Shown piece after piece: positions 17,192 through 25,291 of a stretch of 33,956 bases of DNA (positions are counted from its first letter, which is position 1; each line of letters starts with the position of its first letter). The DNA is from an uncultured Gammaproteobacteria bacterium. GTDB taxonomy: Bacteria > Patescibacteriota > Patescibacteriia > Patescibacteriales > UBA12465. Below the pieces are notes generated by a model, which searched no databases, was not told where the DNA came from, and saw nothing but the letters and a program-made list of their open reading frames with translations. The DNA is taken from positions 1-33,956 of the forward strand of contig CAYQEI010000003.1 in assembly GCA_964416495.1 (NCBI GenBank), written 5' to 3'. The position numbers were made by a program, and so were the translations under genes.

Positions 17192-17383
17192 AGTTTAAGC
17201 TGATTGTTGGGCCGACCAAACCTAAACAATCTGATCAGATTGTGGCTAAGTAGTTCTTAGTCCTAAGGCTTTAAACAATTAAGTGCCTAGCAGTAATAAC
17301 TGATAGGAAATTGGGTGGAACCACGAGATATAAAAATCCCGTCCCAGTAAAATAATTTTTGTTTTACTGGGCTGGGATTTTTT
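17192..17383 (+). promoter_or_regulatory. T-box riboswitch leader (tRNA-Thr sensing) controlling thrS
   Basis: T-box sequence AAATTGGGTGGAACCACG (17308-17325) compared with the consensus AANNNGGGTGGNACCGCG. Antiterminator: helix A1 AUUGGG/CCCAGU, 7-nt bulge UGGAACC, helix A2 ACGAGAU/AUCCCGU. Stem III: 17286-17294 / 17299-17307. A competing 17-bp terminator follows. Thr codons ACC (17215-17217) and ACA (17275-17277) are each followed by A. Confidence 0.85.
17336..17383 (+). terminator. T-box intrinsic terminator
   Basis: AUCCCGUCCCAGUAAAA (17336-17352) pairs with UUUUACUGGGCUGGGAU (17362-17378), with one G-U pair and one mismatch, then UUUUUU. The 5' arm is shared with the antiterminator. Confidence 0.85.
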
Positions 17384-17418
17384 CATTATCAGCCCTTAAG
17401 CTAATAAATAAAAAATAT

Positions 17419-19215
17419 ATGAAAAATATTGAAACAATCAGGCATTCACTAGCTCACTTTATGGCCTCAGCGATAAAAGAGTTTTGGCCCCAAGCACAAT
17501 TAGCAATTGGCCCAGCGATTGATAATGGCTTTTACTATGATATTGATTTTGGCGACGATAAATTAACGGAAGCTGACCTAGCAAAGATTGAGAAGCGAAT
17601 GGCTGAGCTAATTTCCCAGAAACTAAGCTTCACCCAAGAAATGGTTGAGATCAAACAAGCCTTTAAACAAGCGCAAGCTGATGGTAATCCCTACAAACTA
17701 GAGATCATTGCAGACTTAATGAAGGCTGGCGATAGTGAAGTTAGTTTTTATACTGTTGGTAACTTCCGCGACCTCTGCCGTGGTCCTCATGTTAAATCTA
17801 GCGCCGAGATAAAACCGGGGAGCTATAAATTAGACCGCTTAGCTGGTGCTTATTGGCGCGGAGATGAGAAAAATAAAATGCTCACCCGGATCTATGGCCT
17901 TGCTTTTAGTGATAAAAAAGAATTAGCAAACTACCTAAAACAGCGAGAAGAGGCTTTAGCTCGTGACCACCGGGTTTTGGCAAAAGAATTAGATCTTTTC
18001 CATATTGATCAAAAAGTCGGACTCGGCCTACCTCTTTTCCATCCCAAAGGTGCCCTACTCTGGCGCTTGATTGAAGACTTTTGGTACCAAGAACACCTCA
18101 AAAATGGCTATCAGCTAGTCCGCTCTCCTCACATCGGCAGTCGCGCACTCTGGGAAACATCAGGTCACTGGGGTTTCTACAATAGTAGTATGTACCCCCC
18201 TCTTGAGGCTGGCCAAACTTTAGCAGAAAAACAAAAAAATGAAGCGGTCAAAGAATCTGAAGAATACTTACTTAAACCGATGAACTGTCCCTTCCATGTC
18301 CAAATCTACAAAAATAAACTGAAATCATACCGTGAATTCCCACTACGTTGGACTGAATGTGGCACTGTCTATCGCTATGAGAAAAAAGGCGAGCTCTCTG
18401 GCCTTACCCGTGTGCGTGGCTTTACTCAAGATGATGCTCATATTTTCTGTCGAGCGGATCAAGTTGAATCAGAACTAAAAAGAGTAATTGATTTTATTCT
18501 CTTTATCTTCCAGTCTTTTGGCTTTGATACTAAGCTAATTAATGTCTATCTCTCACTCAGAGACCCCAACAACAAAGAAAAATATGCTGGTGATGATGCT
18601 GGTTGGGATTTCACCGAAAACATACTTCGCAAAGTAGCTCAAGAAAAGAAACTAAACTTTATTGAGGAAGAAGGCGAAGCTGCTTTCTATGGACCCAAAC
18701 TAGACTTCAAACTAAAAGATGTTCTCAACCGAGAATGGCAATGCTCAACTTTGCAATTTGATTTCAATTTACCGGAACGCTTTGATATTAGCTTTACCAA
18801 TAGCCAAGGCCAAGCGGAGAGACCCTATATTCTACACCGCGCTCTCTTTGGTTCGTTTGAAAGATTCCTTGCTCTTTTAATTGAGCATTACGCTGGTGCT
18901 TTCCCACTCTGGATAGCTCCAGTCCAAGTCAAGATAATTCCAATTTCAGAAAAACAGCTTGATTATTCTCAAGCAGTAAGAGACGCTTTACTGGCTCAAG
19001 GGATTAGAGTTGAGCTAGATAGTGATAACGAGACTTTAGGGAATAGAATAAGAAAAGGAGTAGCAGAAAAGATCCCTTACCTGGTTGTTATCGGTGATCA
19101 AGAAGTAGAATCAAAAGAGCTCAGCATTAGAGACCGAGGGGAAAGAAAGAATCGTCAGCTAAAGCTAAATGACTTCATTACTGAACTGCAAGCAAGAATA
19201 AAAGAAAAGAAATAA
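17419..19215 (+). CDS. thrS: Threonine--tRNA ligase (lacks the N-terminal TGS domain)
   Basis: Collinear with E. coli ThrRS from about residue 67 onward: IRHSLAHFMASAIKEFWP, GAYWRGDEKNKML, KPMNCPFHVQIY, RVRGFTQDDAHIF, plus the anticodon-binding C-terminus. The track start 17359 is a TTG inside the terminator, so ATG 17419 is preferred. Confidence 0.92.
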   Translation: MKNIETIRHSLAHFMASAIKEFWPQAQLAIGPAIDNGFYYDIDFGDDKLTEADLAKIEKRMAELISQKLSFTQEMVEIKQAFKQAQADGNPYKLEIIADLMKAGDSEVSFYTVGNFRDLCRGPHVKSSAEIKPGSYKLDRLAGAYWRGDEKNKMLTRIYGLAFSDKKELANYLKQREEALARDHRVLAKELDLFHIDQKVGLGLPLFHPKGALLWRLIEDFWYQEHLKNGYQLVRSPHIGSRALWETSGHWGFYNSSMYPPLEAGQTLAEKQKNEAVKESEEYLLKPMNCPFHVQIYKNKLKSYREFPLRWTECGTVYRYEKKGELSGLTRVRGFTQDDAHIFCRADQVESELKRVIDFILFIFQSFGFDTKLINVYLSLRDPNNKEKYAGDDAGWDFTENILRKVAQEKKLNFIEEEGEAAFYGPKLDFKLKDVLNREWQCSTLQFDFNLPERFDISFTNSQGQAERPYILHRALFGSFERFLALLIEHYAGAFPLWIAPVQVKIIPISEKQLDYSQAVRDALLAQGIRVELDSDNETLGNRIRKGVAEKIPYLVVIGDQEVESKELSIRDRGERKNRQLKLNDFITELQARIKEKK

Positions 19216-19223
19216 AATTAATT

Positions 19224-19257
19224 AAAAAAGCTAGCCTAAAAAAGCTAGCTTTTTTTA
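19224..19257. terminator. Bidirectional rho-independent terminator between convergent thrS and the 71-aa ORF
   Basis: AAAAAAGCTAGC-loop-GCTAGCTTTTTTT: stem AGCTAGC/GCTAGCT flanked by an A-run and a T-run. Confidence 0.7.
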
Positions 19258-19277
19258 TTTCAAATTAACTGTCTTTA

Positions 19278-19493
19278 CTAGACACTATCTTCTTGGCTCA
19301 AGCTCAACCTAATTCTTTCAACTAACTCCAAAGCTGAAATGTTTTCTTGATAATCAGCATTAACATCATCAGCGATGAGTTTGAGTTGCTCTAAACTCTC
19401 TACTGTCCCCTCTTGTGCTAGTGCCTGGAGATAGTCAAAATTGGGCTGGCCATTTTCATTTAACCAAGTAGCGATATTATTATTCTCCTTCAT
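19278..19493 (-). CDS. Small acidic hypothetical protein (71 aa)
   Basis: ORF with an ATG start. Helical, Asp/Glu-rich, no TM helix. No family recognised. Confidence 0.4.
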   Translation of the reverse strand: MKENNNIATWLNENGQPNFDYLQALAQEGTVESLEQLKLIADDVNADYQENISALELVERIRLSLSQEDSV

Positions 19494-19559
19494 ATATTTA
19501 TTCTACCAAGTATTATTTAGCTACTAATAGTTTAGCACCTGGAAATAAAGAAGTATAGC

Positions 19560-20243
19560 TTAGTAGTCTTGGTAACCAGGGAACCAATCTTTCTTAATAT
19601 GATCACTTTCTAAACCTAGATCAACTAAGGTCTGATTAACTGCCTCCACCATTGGCTCAGGTCCAGAAATATAGACTTGAGCAGTTTTGAGGTTAGGTAA
19701 GGAGTCTTGTAAAACCTGGCTATTGACTTGCTCAGGGCTAATTAAATACTGCAATGATAGTTGGGGGTATTTTTGGGCAATCACTTCAAATTCAGCCTGA
19801 AAAGGAATTTCAGAGCTAGAATTAGCGAATAATAGGTGAATTTTGGGGAAATCACCTTGCTTGGCTAAATCATTAATGATTGCGCGAAATGGAGTAATAC
19901 CAATACCACCGGCAATAAAAATATATTCTTTACTCAAGTCAGTTACTACGAAATCACCTCCTAGCTCACTCACTTCAACTTCACTCCCTAGCTCTAAGTC
20001 AGCTAAAGCCTGCTTGAAGCTACTACCAGGATTTGAGTAACGTGTACTTAACTGAACTACTCCCTCACTTGGAGCAGAGGCAATGGTAAACCAACGCTCC
20101 TCTCCCCTGCTATCAGGATTGGCATGGGGTAGCTTATAGTGTATATATTGCCCTGCTTGCCAATTTTTTAACTCATCAGAGGTAAAATAAAAAGATTTTA
20201 CCGTACTAGTTTCTGCCTGTTTTTTTATTAGTTTTATTATCAT
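19560..20243 (-). CDS. Ferredoxin-NADP reductase-like FAD/NAD(P)-binding oxidoreductase
   Basis: RWFTIASAP (RxYS-type FAD motif) and GGIGITPF (NAD(P)-binding motif). ~227 aa, two-domain FNR architecture. Confidence 0.7.
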   Translation of the reverse strand: MIIKLIKKQAETSTVKSFYFTSDELKNWQAGQYIHYKLPHANPDSRGEERWFTIASAPSEGVVQLSTRYSNPGSSFKQALADLELGSEVEVSELGGDFVVTDLSKEYIFIAGGIGITPFRAIINDLAKQGDFPKIHLLFANSSSEIPFQAEFEVIAQKYPQLSLQYLISPEQVNSQVLQDSLPNLKTAQVYISGPEPMVEAVNQTLVDLGLESDHIKKDWFPGYQDY

Positions 20244-20244
20244 A

Positions 20245-21600
20245 TTATTTTTTATTTAAAATTGTTAATAATTGATTAATGTCGGTAATTTTTGTTAGCT
20301 TCATCGTCTTATTCTTGACTACTACATCTGGGATGAATGCTTCACGGAAACCAAGTCGTTCCCCCTCCTTTAGTCGTTCTTCTAGGCGAACAACATTCCT
20401 AATCTCTCCACCCAAACCTAACTCCCCTAAAAACAAAAGGTCACGCTTAATCTCTTGGTTTAGGTAAGAAGAAATTATAGCGCTAGTTGCTGCTAAGTCC
20501 AAAGCCGGATCTGATACTCTCAAACCGCCAGCAACATTGAGTAAGATGTCTTGATTGAGGAGATTTATTTTTGTGCGCTTGGAAATAACAGCGCTAATTA
20601 CCGCTAGACGACTGAGTTCAAAGCCACTAGTTTTACGTTGCGGGTAGCCAAAAACAGTAGTTGAAACTAAGGCTTGCAAATCAATGATAAAAGGACGGCT
20701 CCCCTCTAAAATACAACCAAGGGCTGAGCCTGAGCTAGCTTTATTTTTGTCATCAATAAATATCTCACTCGGGTTACTAACCGGAATAAAGCCTTGAGCA
20801 GTCATTTGCAAAATACCAAGCTCATTAACAGAGCCAAATCTGTTTTTCGTAGCCCGTAGTAGTGAGTAATTGTAATTAGGCTCTGATTCAAGTAGGAGTA
20901 CAGTATCAACCATATGTTCTAATGATTTCGGTCCAGCTACTTGACCATCTTTAGTAATGTGGCCAATTAAAATAACTGTGATATTGTTTTCTTTAGCTAA
21001 AGTCAGTAATTGGGCAGTAACAGCTTTAATTTGACTGACACCACCGCTATCAAGACTTAACTGACTAGAATAAACAGTCTGAACAGAATCAATAATCAAC
21101 AATTCTGGTTGCTCTTTTTTCGCAGAAGCAATAATTTTTTCAATATTAGTGTCAGCGATGAATTTAAGGCGAGATAGATCACTAGCTAAACGTTCAAATC
21201 TATTTTTTACTTGCAGGGCTGATTCTTCCCCACTAGCATAAAGGACACTATTTTTAGTTTTGATACTGGTGGCTAACTGGGCCGCTAGAGTTGATTTACC
21301 AATTCCAGGTTCGCCACTTAACAAAACAAAAGATCCAAGCACTAAACCACCTCCCAACACGCGATCAAATTCAGGATTGCCTGTTTCTCTTCTTTGCCAA
21401 GTACTGCTCTTTATTTTTTCTAAATCAACTACGGTAGCAGGCTTAATTTGTCCCAACTTCTTTGCTTGGCTTTCTCTGGCATCTAAAATCTCTTCAGCAA
21501 TAGTTCCCCAAGAGCCACACTCTAAACAACGCCCACTCCACTTAAGGGATTGGGCGCCACAATGTGAACAAGAAAAAATAGTTTTGGGACCTGACTTCAT
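20245..21600 (-). CDS. radA: DNA repair / recombination protein RadA (Sms)
   Basis: N-terminal zinc finger CSHCGAQSLKWSGRCLECGSWGT, Walker A GEPGIGKSTL, KNRFG motif, Lon-like C-terminal domain. Confidence 0.92.
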   Translation of the reverse strand: MKSGPKTIFSCSHCGAQSLKWSGRCLECGSWGTIAEEILDARESQAKKLGQIKPATVVDLEKIKSSTWQRRETGNPEFDRVLGGGLVLGSFVLLSGEPGIGKSTLAAQLATSIKTKNSVLYASGEESALQVKNRFERLASDLSRLKFIADTNIEKIIASAKKEQPELLIIDSVQTVYSSQLSLDSGGVSQIKAVTAQLLTLAKENNITVILIGHITKDGQVAGPKSLEHMVDTVLLLESEPNYNYSLLRATKNRFGSVNELGILQMTAQGFIPVSNPSEIFIDDKNKASSGSALGCILEGSRPFIIDLQALVSTTVFGYPQRKTSGFELSRLAVISAVISKRTKINLLNQDILLNVAGGLRVSDPALDLAATSAIISSYLNQEIKRDLLFLGELGLGGEIRNVVRLEERLKEGERLGFREAFIPDVVVKNKTMKLTKITDINQLLTILNKK

Positions 21601-21620
21601 AGGCTATCTTGATTACTAAC

Positions 21621-22250
21621 TTATCTCTCTAACCAGAAAGCACTATCGACTAGCCAATTATTATTTTGCTTAACCATACTTATCTCTATATCTTGCTGAT
21701 AGGACTGGGCATCAAAATTAGCACTTTCTTCTACCCGCATGGTTTTGAGTGTAACTTTGGCTGAGTTAGAGTCAAAGCTAGAAACATTACTTTGAATTAC
21801 TTTAGTAGTGATGCCATAGTAGCTCTCGGTAGCTGGTTGACTGGCTCTTAGCTCACTGACATAATTTTGTGCCCAAGTCTTCATCTTGCTGGTCATCATG
21901 ATCATGATGTCAGAAAAGTTACTGTAATTGGAATAATTAGAATAGGAGCCAAAGCGCTCAACAAAGGCACTAGCTAATTTAGAGACGTCTTCTTGATTAG
22001 TTTGATGAGGCGCTTCTTTGCTAATATCATAATTACTTTCATCACTAGGCTTGTTACTGGTACTAATATTTGGCTCAGGCAAAATTCCACCACTACCATC
22101 AGGTAAGCGACCATCACCTATCTCTTGTCCATCACCCAAATCACCTGGCTCAGGAACTGGTTTTTGGATGAAAAACATATAAATTGCCAAAACTAAAATT
22201 ACTAAACCTAGTAAAATTATGAGTAAAGCTAATATCCTTCTATTTTTCAT
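21621..22250 (-). CDS. N-terminally anchored extracytoplasmic protein; candidate VirB8-position (NTF2-like?) component
   Basis: TM helix ILALLIILLGLVILVLAIYMFFI, Pro/Gly/Asp linker with GDGRLP, ~130-aa globular domain ending NNNWLVDSAFW. Directly downstream of VirB4. The fold assignment is inference only. Confidence 0.4.
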   Translation of the reverse strand: MKNRRILALLIILLGLVILVLAIYMFFIQKPVPEPGDLGDGQEIGDGRLPDGSGGILPEPNISTSNKPSDESNYDISKEAPHQTNQEDVSKLASAFVERFGSYSNYSNYSNFSDIMIMMTSKMKTWAQNYVSELRASQPATESYYGITTKVIQSNVSSFDSNSAKVTLKTMRVEESANFDAQSYQQDIEISMVKQNNNWLVDSAFWLER

Positions 22251-22258
22251 ATGATTAT

Positions 22259-22267
22259 ATTATAGCA
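22259..22267 (-). promoter_or_regulatory. Extended -10 box TGCTATAAT; near-leaderless start for 21621..22250 (and radA downstream)
   Basis: Minus strand reads TGCTATAAT-ATAATCAT-ATG, with 8 nt between the -10 hexamer and ATG 22250. Confidence 0.45.
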
Positions 22268-22279
22268 AAACTTATCTCT

Positions 22280-24175
22280 TTATTCCACTGCTTCGCCTTC
22301 TCTGAGGCTAGCTTCAAATTCTCGCTTAGCTTCCTCAATTTCAAGCAATTGGCGGGGGTCAGAAGTGATGAGCTGGTCTTCGGTATAAGAAGCGACTACT
22401 TTCATCGCCACATGTTTATTGCCGGCAAAGAAAATTCCTTCACCAACCCCACATTCCAGTAACAGATAGCGCTCTCCTTCGGTTAGGAGGAAGGTCTTTT
22501 GAACTAAATCAATTGCTGCTGCGGATTGTTTGAGTAAAATCTGCATTGCTGAATTAGTTACTATTGCTTGACCATAGGGTGAGTGCAGGAAGTCGTTAAC
22601 ATCTTGAGTAATAGTCGTTACCCCTAAATAATATTTACGACAGCGCTTTACTAGAGCAAAAATAAACTTAGCACTATCTTCGTGTTGCATCATCCACCAA
22701 GCTTCATCAATAACCAATACCCTCTTTTTCATCTGGCTTCTAACAATATTCCAAATATAGTTAATGATGGTATAGATAGCAATTGGTCTGAGCTCATCTT
22801 CTAGGTCTCTAACTGAGAAACAAACTAGCTGATTATTCATCTCAACATTAGTTGGCGAATTAATTAAACCAGCAAAAGTGCCTTTGGTGTACTTACGCAA
22901 ACGCTGAGCTAGCTCATTACCACCTTCCATTCCTTCCAAAACTTGCTCCAAATCTGCCATCACTGGTGGCTCAATCTGTGATAGATCGGTATCTGGAGTA
23001 ATGTCTTTTTTGGCATAGGTCTCTAGTAAAGCCCTGTCCATAATTGAATCTTCATCATAGGTCATATTTCCTATCATCAAGCGGATTAGGCCCTTGAGGG
23101 TGATAACCGCACTACGTATTATATCTTTGGGACGAGATTCACCGCCAACTGAACTAGGCAGATCAAAGGGATTAATTTTATTATCACTAGATAATGAGAT
23201 ATTGATATAGGTACCACCAACTGCTTCTGCTAAATACTTGTATTCATACTCCGGGTCTATCACTATCACATCTGTCCCCAGCATCAATGACCGGAGAATT
23301 TCAAGCTTAATTGCATAGCTTTTACCAGCACCTGAAGTAGCAAAAACAACTGAGTTAGCGTTAAAGAGGGTGAAGCGATCAAATAAAATGAGGCTATTGT
23401 TATGGCGATTAATGCCATAGAGTACCCCACGGTCACTACTTAGCTCACTAGAAATAAAAGGAAAAGATGAGGCAATCGGAGACGAATTCATATTGAAAGC
23501 AATGTAGAGCTCATCATTACCTAAAGGCATAGTTGAGTTAAAGCCCTGCTCAGCTTGATAATAGACTCGCTTTGAATAAACTAAACGAGAGCCAAACAGA
23601 TCCTCAACTTGGTCTGAAATCCGATTGAGGTCCTCTAAATTATCGGCATAGAGAGTGATGTAGAGAGCAAACTGGAAGAACTTCTCTATCCCTTGGGTAA
23701 GGGCATCTCGCAGGTATTCAATATCCCGCAAGGCTGTTTCTCTAATTGGATCACGCGCAGCTCCTTTTTCAGCATCAGCGATGATTTGAGCCTCTAAATT
23801 ACCCACTCTATTTTTTAGTTGTTTTAAGATAATCGCACTTGAGACGGGATAGAAGAACATGGAAATATCAAAGGTAAGGTTGAGATTAATTATCGGAGCA
23901 AACCAGCCAACTGATATATAACGCGGATAATTAATTACAAAGACTGTCCGTAAAAAACTATTACCTAAGCGAAGGTAATTAGCCTCTACTTTAATACTAG
24001 CAGGGGCAATAATATCTTTTACCGATAGTATTCCACGACGTAAGGCTAATTCTTCCTCAATTATTTCTCGAGTCATCTCAGGGTCAGCTTCAACATAATC
24101 TTGGGCTGGTCTAGCGCCACCCACCCGGCTGGATAAATCTATTCTATTTTTTTCTTCTTTTTTGAAATCAATCAT
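22280..24175 (-). CDS. virB4: VirB4/TraE/ConE-family type IV secretion ATPase (core and ATPase domains)
   Basis: Walker A ATSGAGKSY (nt 23318-23341), Walker B VLVIDEAWWMM, upstream region DIIAPASIKVEANYLRLGNSFLRTVFVINYPRYISVGW typical of Gram-positive VirB4 homologs. Confidence 0.85.
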   Translation of the reverse strand: MIDFKKEEKNRIDLSSRVGGARPAQDYVEADPEMTREIIEEELALRRGILSVKDIIAPASIKVEANYLRLGNSFLRTVFVINYPRYISVGWFAPIINLNLTFDISMFFYPVSSAIILKQLKNRVGNLEAQIIADAEKGAARDPIRETALRDIEYLRDALTQGIEKFFQFALYITLYADNLEDLNRISDQVEDLFGSRLVYSKRVYYQAEQGFNSTMPLGNDELYIAFNMNSSPIASSFPFISSELSSDRGVLYGINRHNNSLILFDRFTLFNANSVVFATSGAGKSYAIKLEILRSLMLGTDVIVIDPEYEYKYLAEAVGGTYINISLSSDNKINPFDLPSSVGGESRPKDIIRSAVITLKGLIRLMIGNMTYDEDSIMDRALLETYAKKDITPDTDLSQIEPPVMADLEQVLEGMEGGNELAQRLRKYTKGTFAGLINSPTNVEMNNQLVCFSVRDLEDELRPIAIYTIINYIWNIVRSQMKKRVLVIDEAWWMMQHEDSAKFIFALVKRCRKYYLGVTTITQDVNDFLHSPYGQAIVTNSAMQILLKQSAAAIDLVQKTFLLTEGERYLLLECGVGEGIFFAGNKHVAMKVVASYTEDQLITSDPRQLLEIEEAKREFEASLREGEAVE

Positions 24176-24178
24176 AAA

Positions 24179-24865
24179 TTAAATTATATTATCACCAACT
24201 CGTAACTGCTCAATATCTACTAGAGGTTGGTTCTTGGCCGTTTCTGGGTTATAGGTTTTGTAATAGAGCTCAATTAAACTTTGAGTATCAAGACGGGCTA
24301 CTGAAACTCCCATTGACTCTAGTCCACCAATGACGCTACCTAAACGACGGTTGAGCATTTCTTGATAGCGATTAAAAGTCTTATCTTTCAGCTTTATCAC
24401 CGTAGCTGGCCGCATTGCTTCTTTAACTAAACTAAAGAAGTTCTTTTGTTTGTCAGTTAAAGGGTCATAGGGGACGATAACGAAGAAATATTTGGTCATA
24501 ATCCGACCAATAGAAGTTAGCTCTTTAATATACTGGATGTAATCACTAGTTTGGAGTTTGAGTAATTTATTAGTTTGCTCCTTTTCTTTTTCTTGCAAGA
24601 AGTTAAGGTAATTATCAATGTTTAGTTCCCGAGATTGGATGACGATTTGTAGTGAGAAGCTAAGGTTATTAAGGAAGCTAACATAAGAGCTAATTACGGC
24701 GTTTTGCTCTTCTTCACTTTTTAGGGCAAAGTTAATGCTAGAGACCATTAAAACTGCTCGTAAAGTTCCGTCTTTGAGAATGACAGTATCTTCTTTAATC
24801 TCAGCAATATCTAAGTACTGCTGAGTTGAAACTGATCCTTTACCTTTTGCTTGTCCTTTAGCCAT
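24179..24865 (-). CDS. Soluble protein resembling the extreme N-terminal domain of Tn916 Orf16/ConE-type VirB4; same frame as the VirB4 ORF
   Basis: STQQYLDIAEIKEDTVILKDGTLRAVLMVSSINFALKSEEEQNAVISSYVSFLNNL...IVIQSRELNID follows the pattern I recall for VirB4 N-termini. It ends with a single TAA (24179-24181), then TTT, then ATG 24175 in the same frame. Confidence 0.5.
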   Translation of the reverse strand: MAKGQAKGKGSVSTQQYLDIAEIKEDTVILKDGTLRAVLMVSSINFALKSEEEQNAVISSYVSFLNNLSFSLQIVIQSRELNIDNYLNFLQEKEKEQTNKLLKLQTSDYIQYIKELTSIGRIMTKYFFVIVPYDPLTDKQKNFFSLVKEAMRPATVIKLKDKTFNRYQEMLNRRLGSVIGGLESMGVSVARLDTQSLIELYYKTYNPETAKNQPLVDIEQLRVGDNII

Positions 24866-24867
24866 AT

Positions 24868-25290
24868 TTATTCACCTTTATATTTACCTTTTGTATCAAC
24901 AATCAAGGCCACCTCAGCTAAACGCGATTGTTGATAGTATTCTTTTTTCTCGATCTCAGTCCCAGTTTTAATTGGGGCAATAACTGCCTCCTGAGCCTCT
25001 TTTATTTCCGAGCCATGATCCCAAACACGTAAGTTAGCTCGTCTTAGTGTCTGGAGGATGTTTAGGATGAAGAAATGAAAGGGGCGACCATTGATTTTTA
25101 CGAAAGCAAACAAAACTGCAATTATCAAAATTATTACTCCAATTATTAAAAACGAAGTAAAGTCTAATAAGCGATAGCAGAGAGCAATTGAAAGGGCAGC
25201 TACCAAAAGTATCACGAATTGGCGGGTGGTAACCGGCCCAATGATCTTGCTCTCAACATCAATAAATTGTGGTACGGTAAACTGCTGCAT
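24868..25290 (-). CDS. PrgI-family / VirB3-like small membrane protein
   Basis: MQQFTVPQFIDVESKIIGPVTTRQFVILLVAALSIAL plus a second TM helix is the PrgI-type N-terminus. Positioned upstream of VirB4, as in Gram-positive T4SSs. Confidence 0.65.
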   Translation of the reverse strand: MQQFTVPQFIDVESKIIGPVTTRQFVILLVAALSIALCYRLLDFTSFLIIGVIILIIAVLFAFVKINGRPFHFFILNILQTLRRANLRVWDHGSEIKEAQEAVIAPIKTGTEIEKKEYYQQSRLAEVALIVDTKGKYKGE

Positions 25291-25291
25291 A

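Noticed and set aside
17359-17418. Longer ThrRS N-terminus from TTG 17359
   Set aside because: This start lies inside the T-box terminator hairpin. The added peptide (MFYWAGIFSLSALKLINKKY) has no ThrRS similarity.
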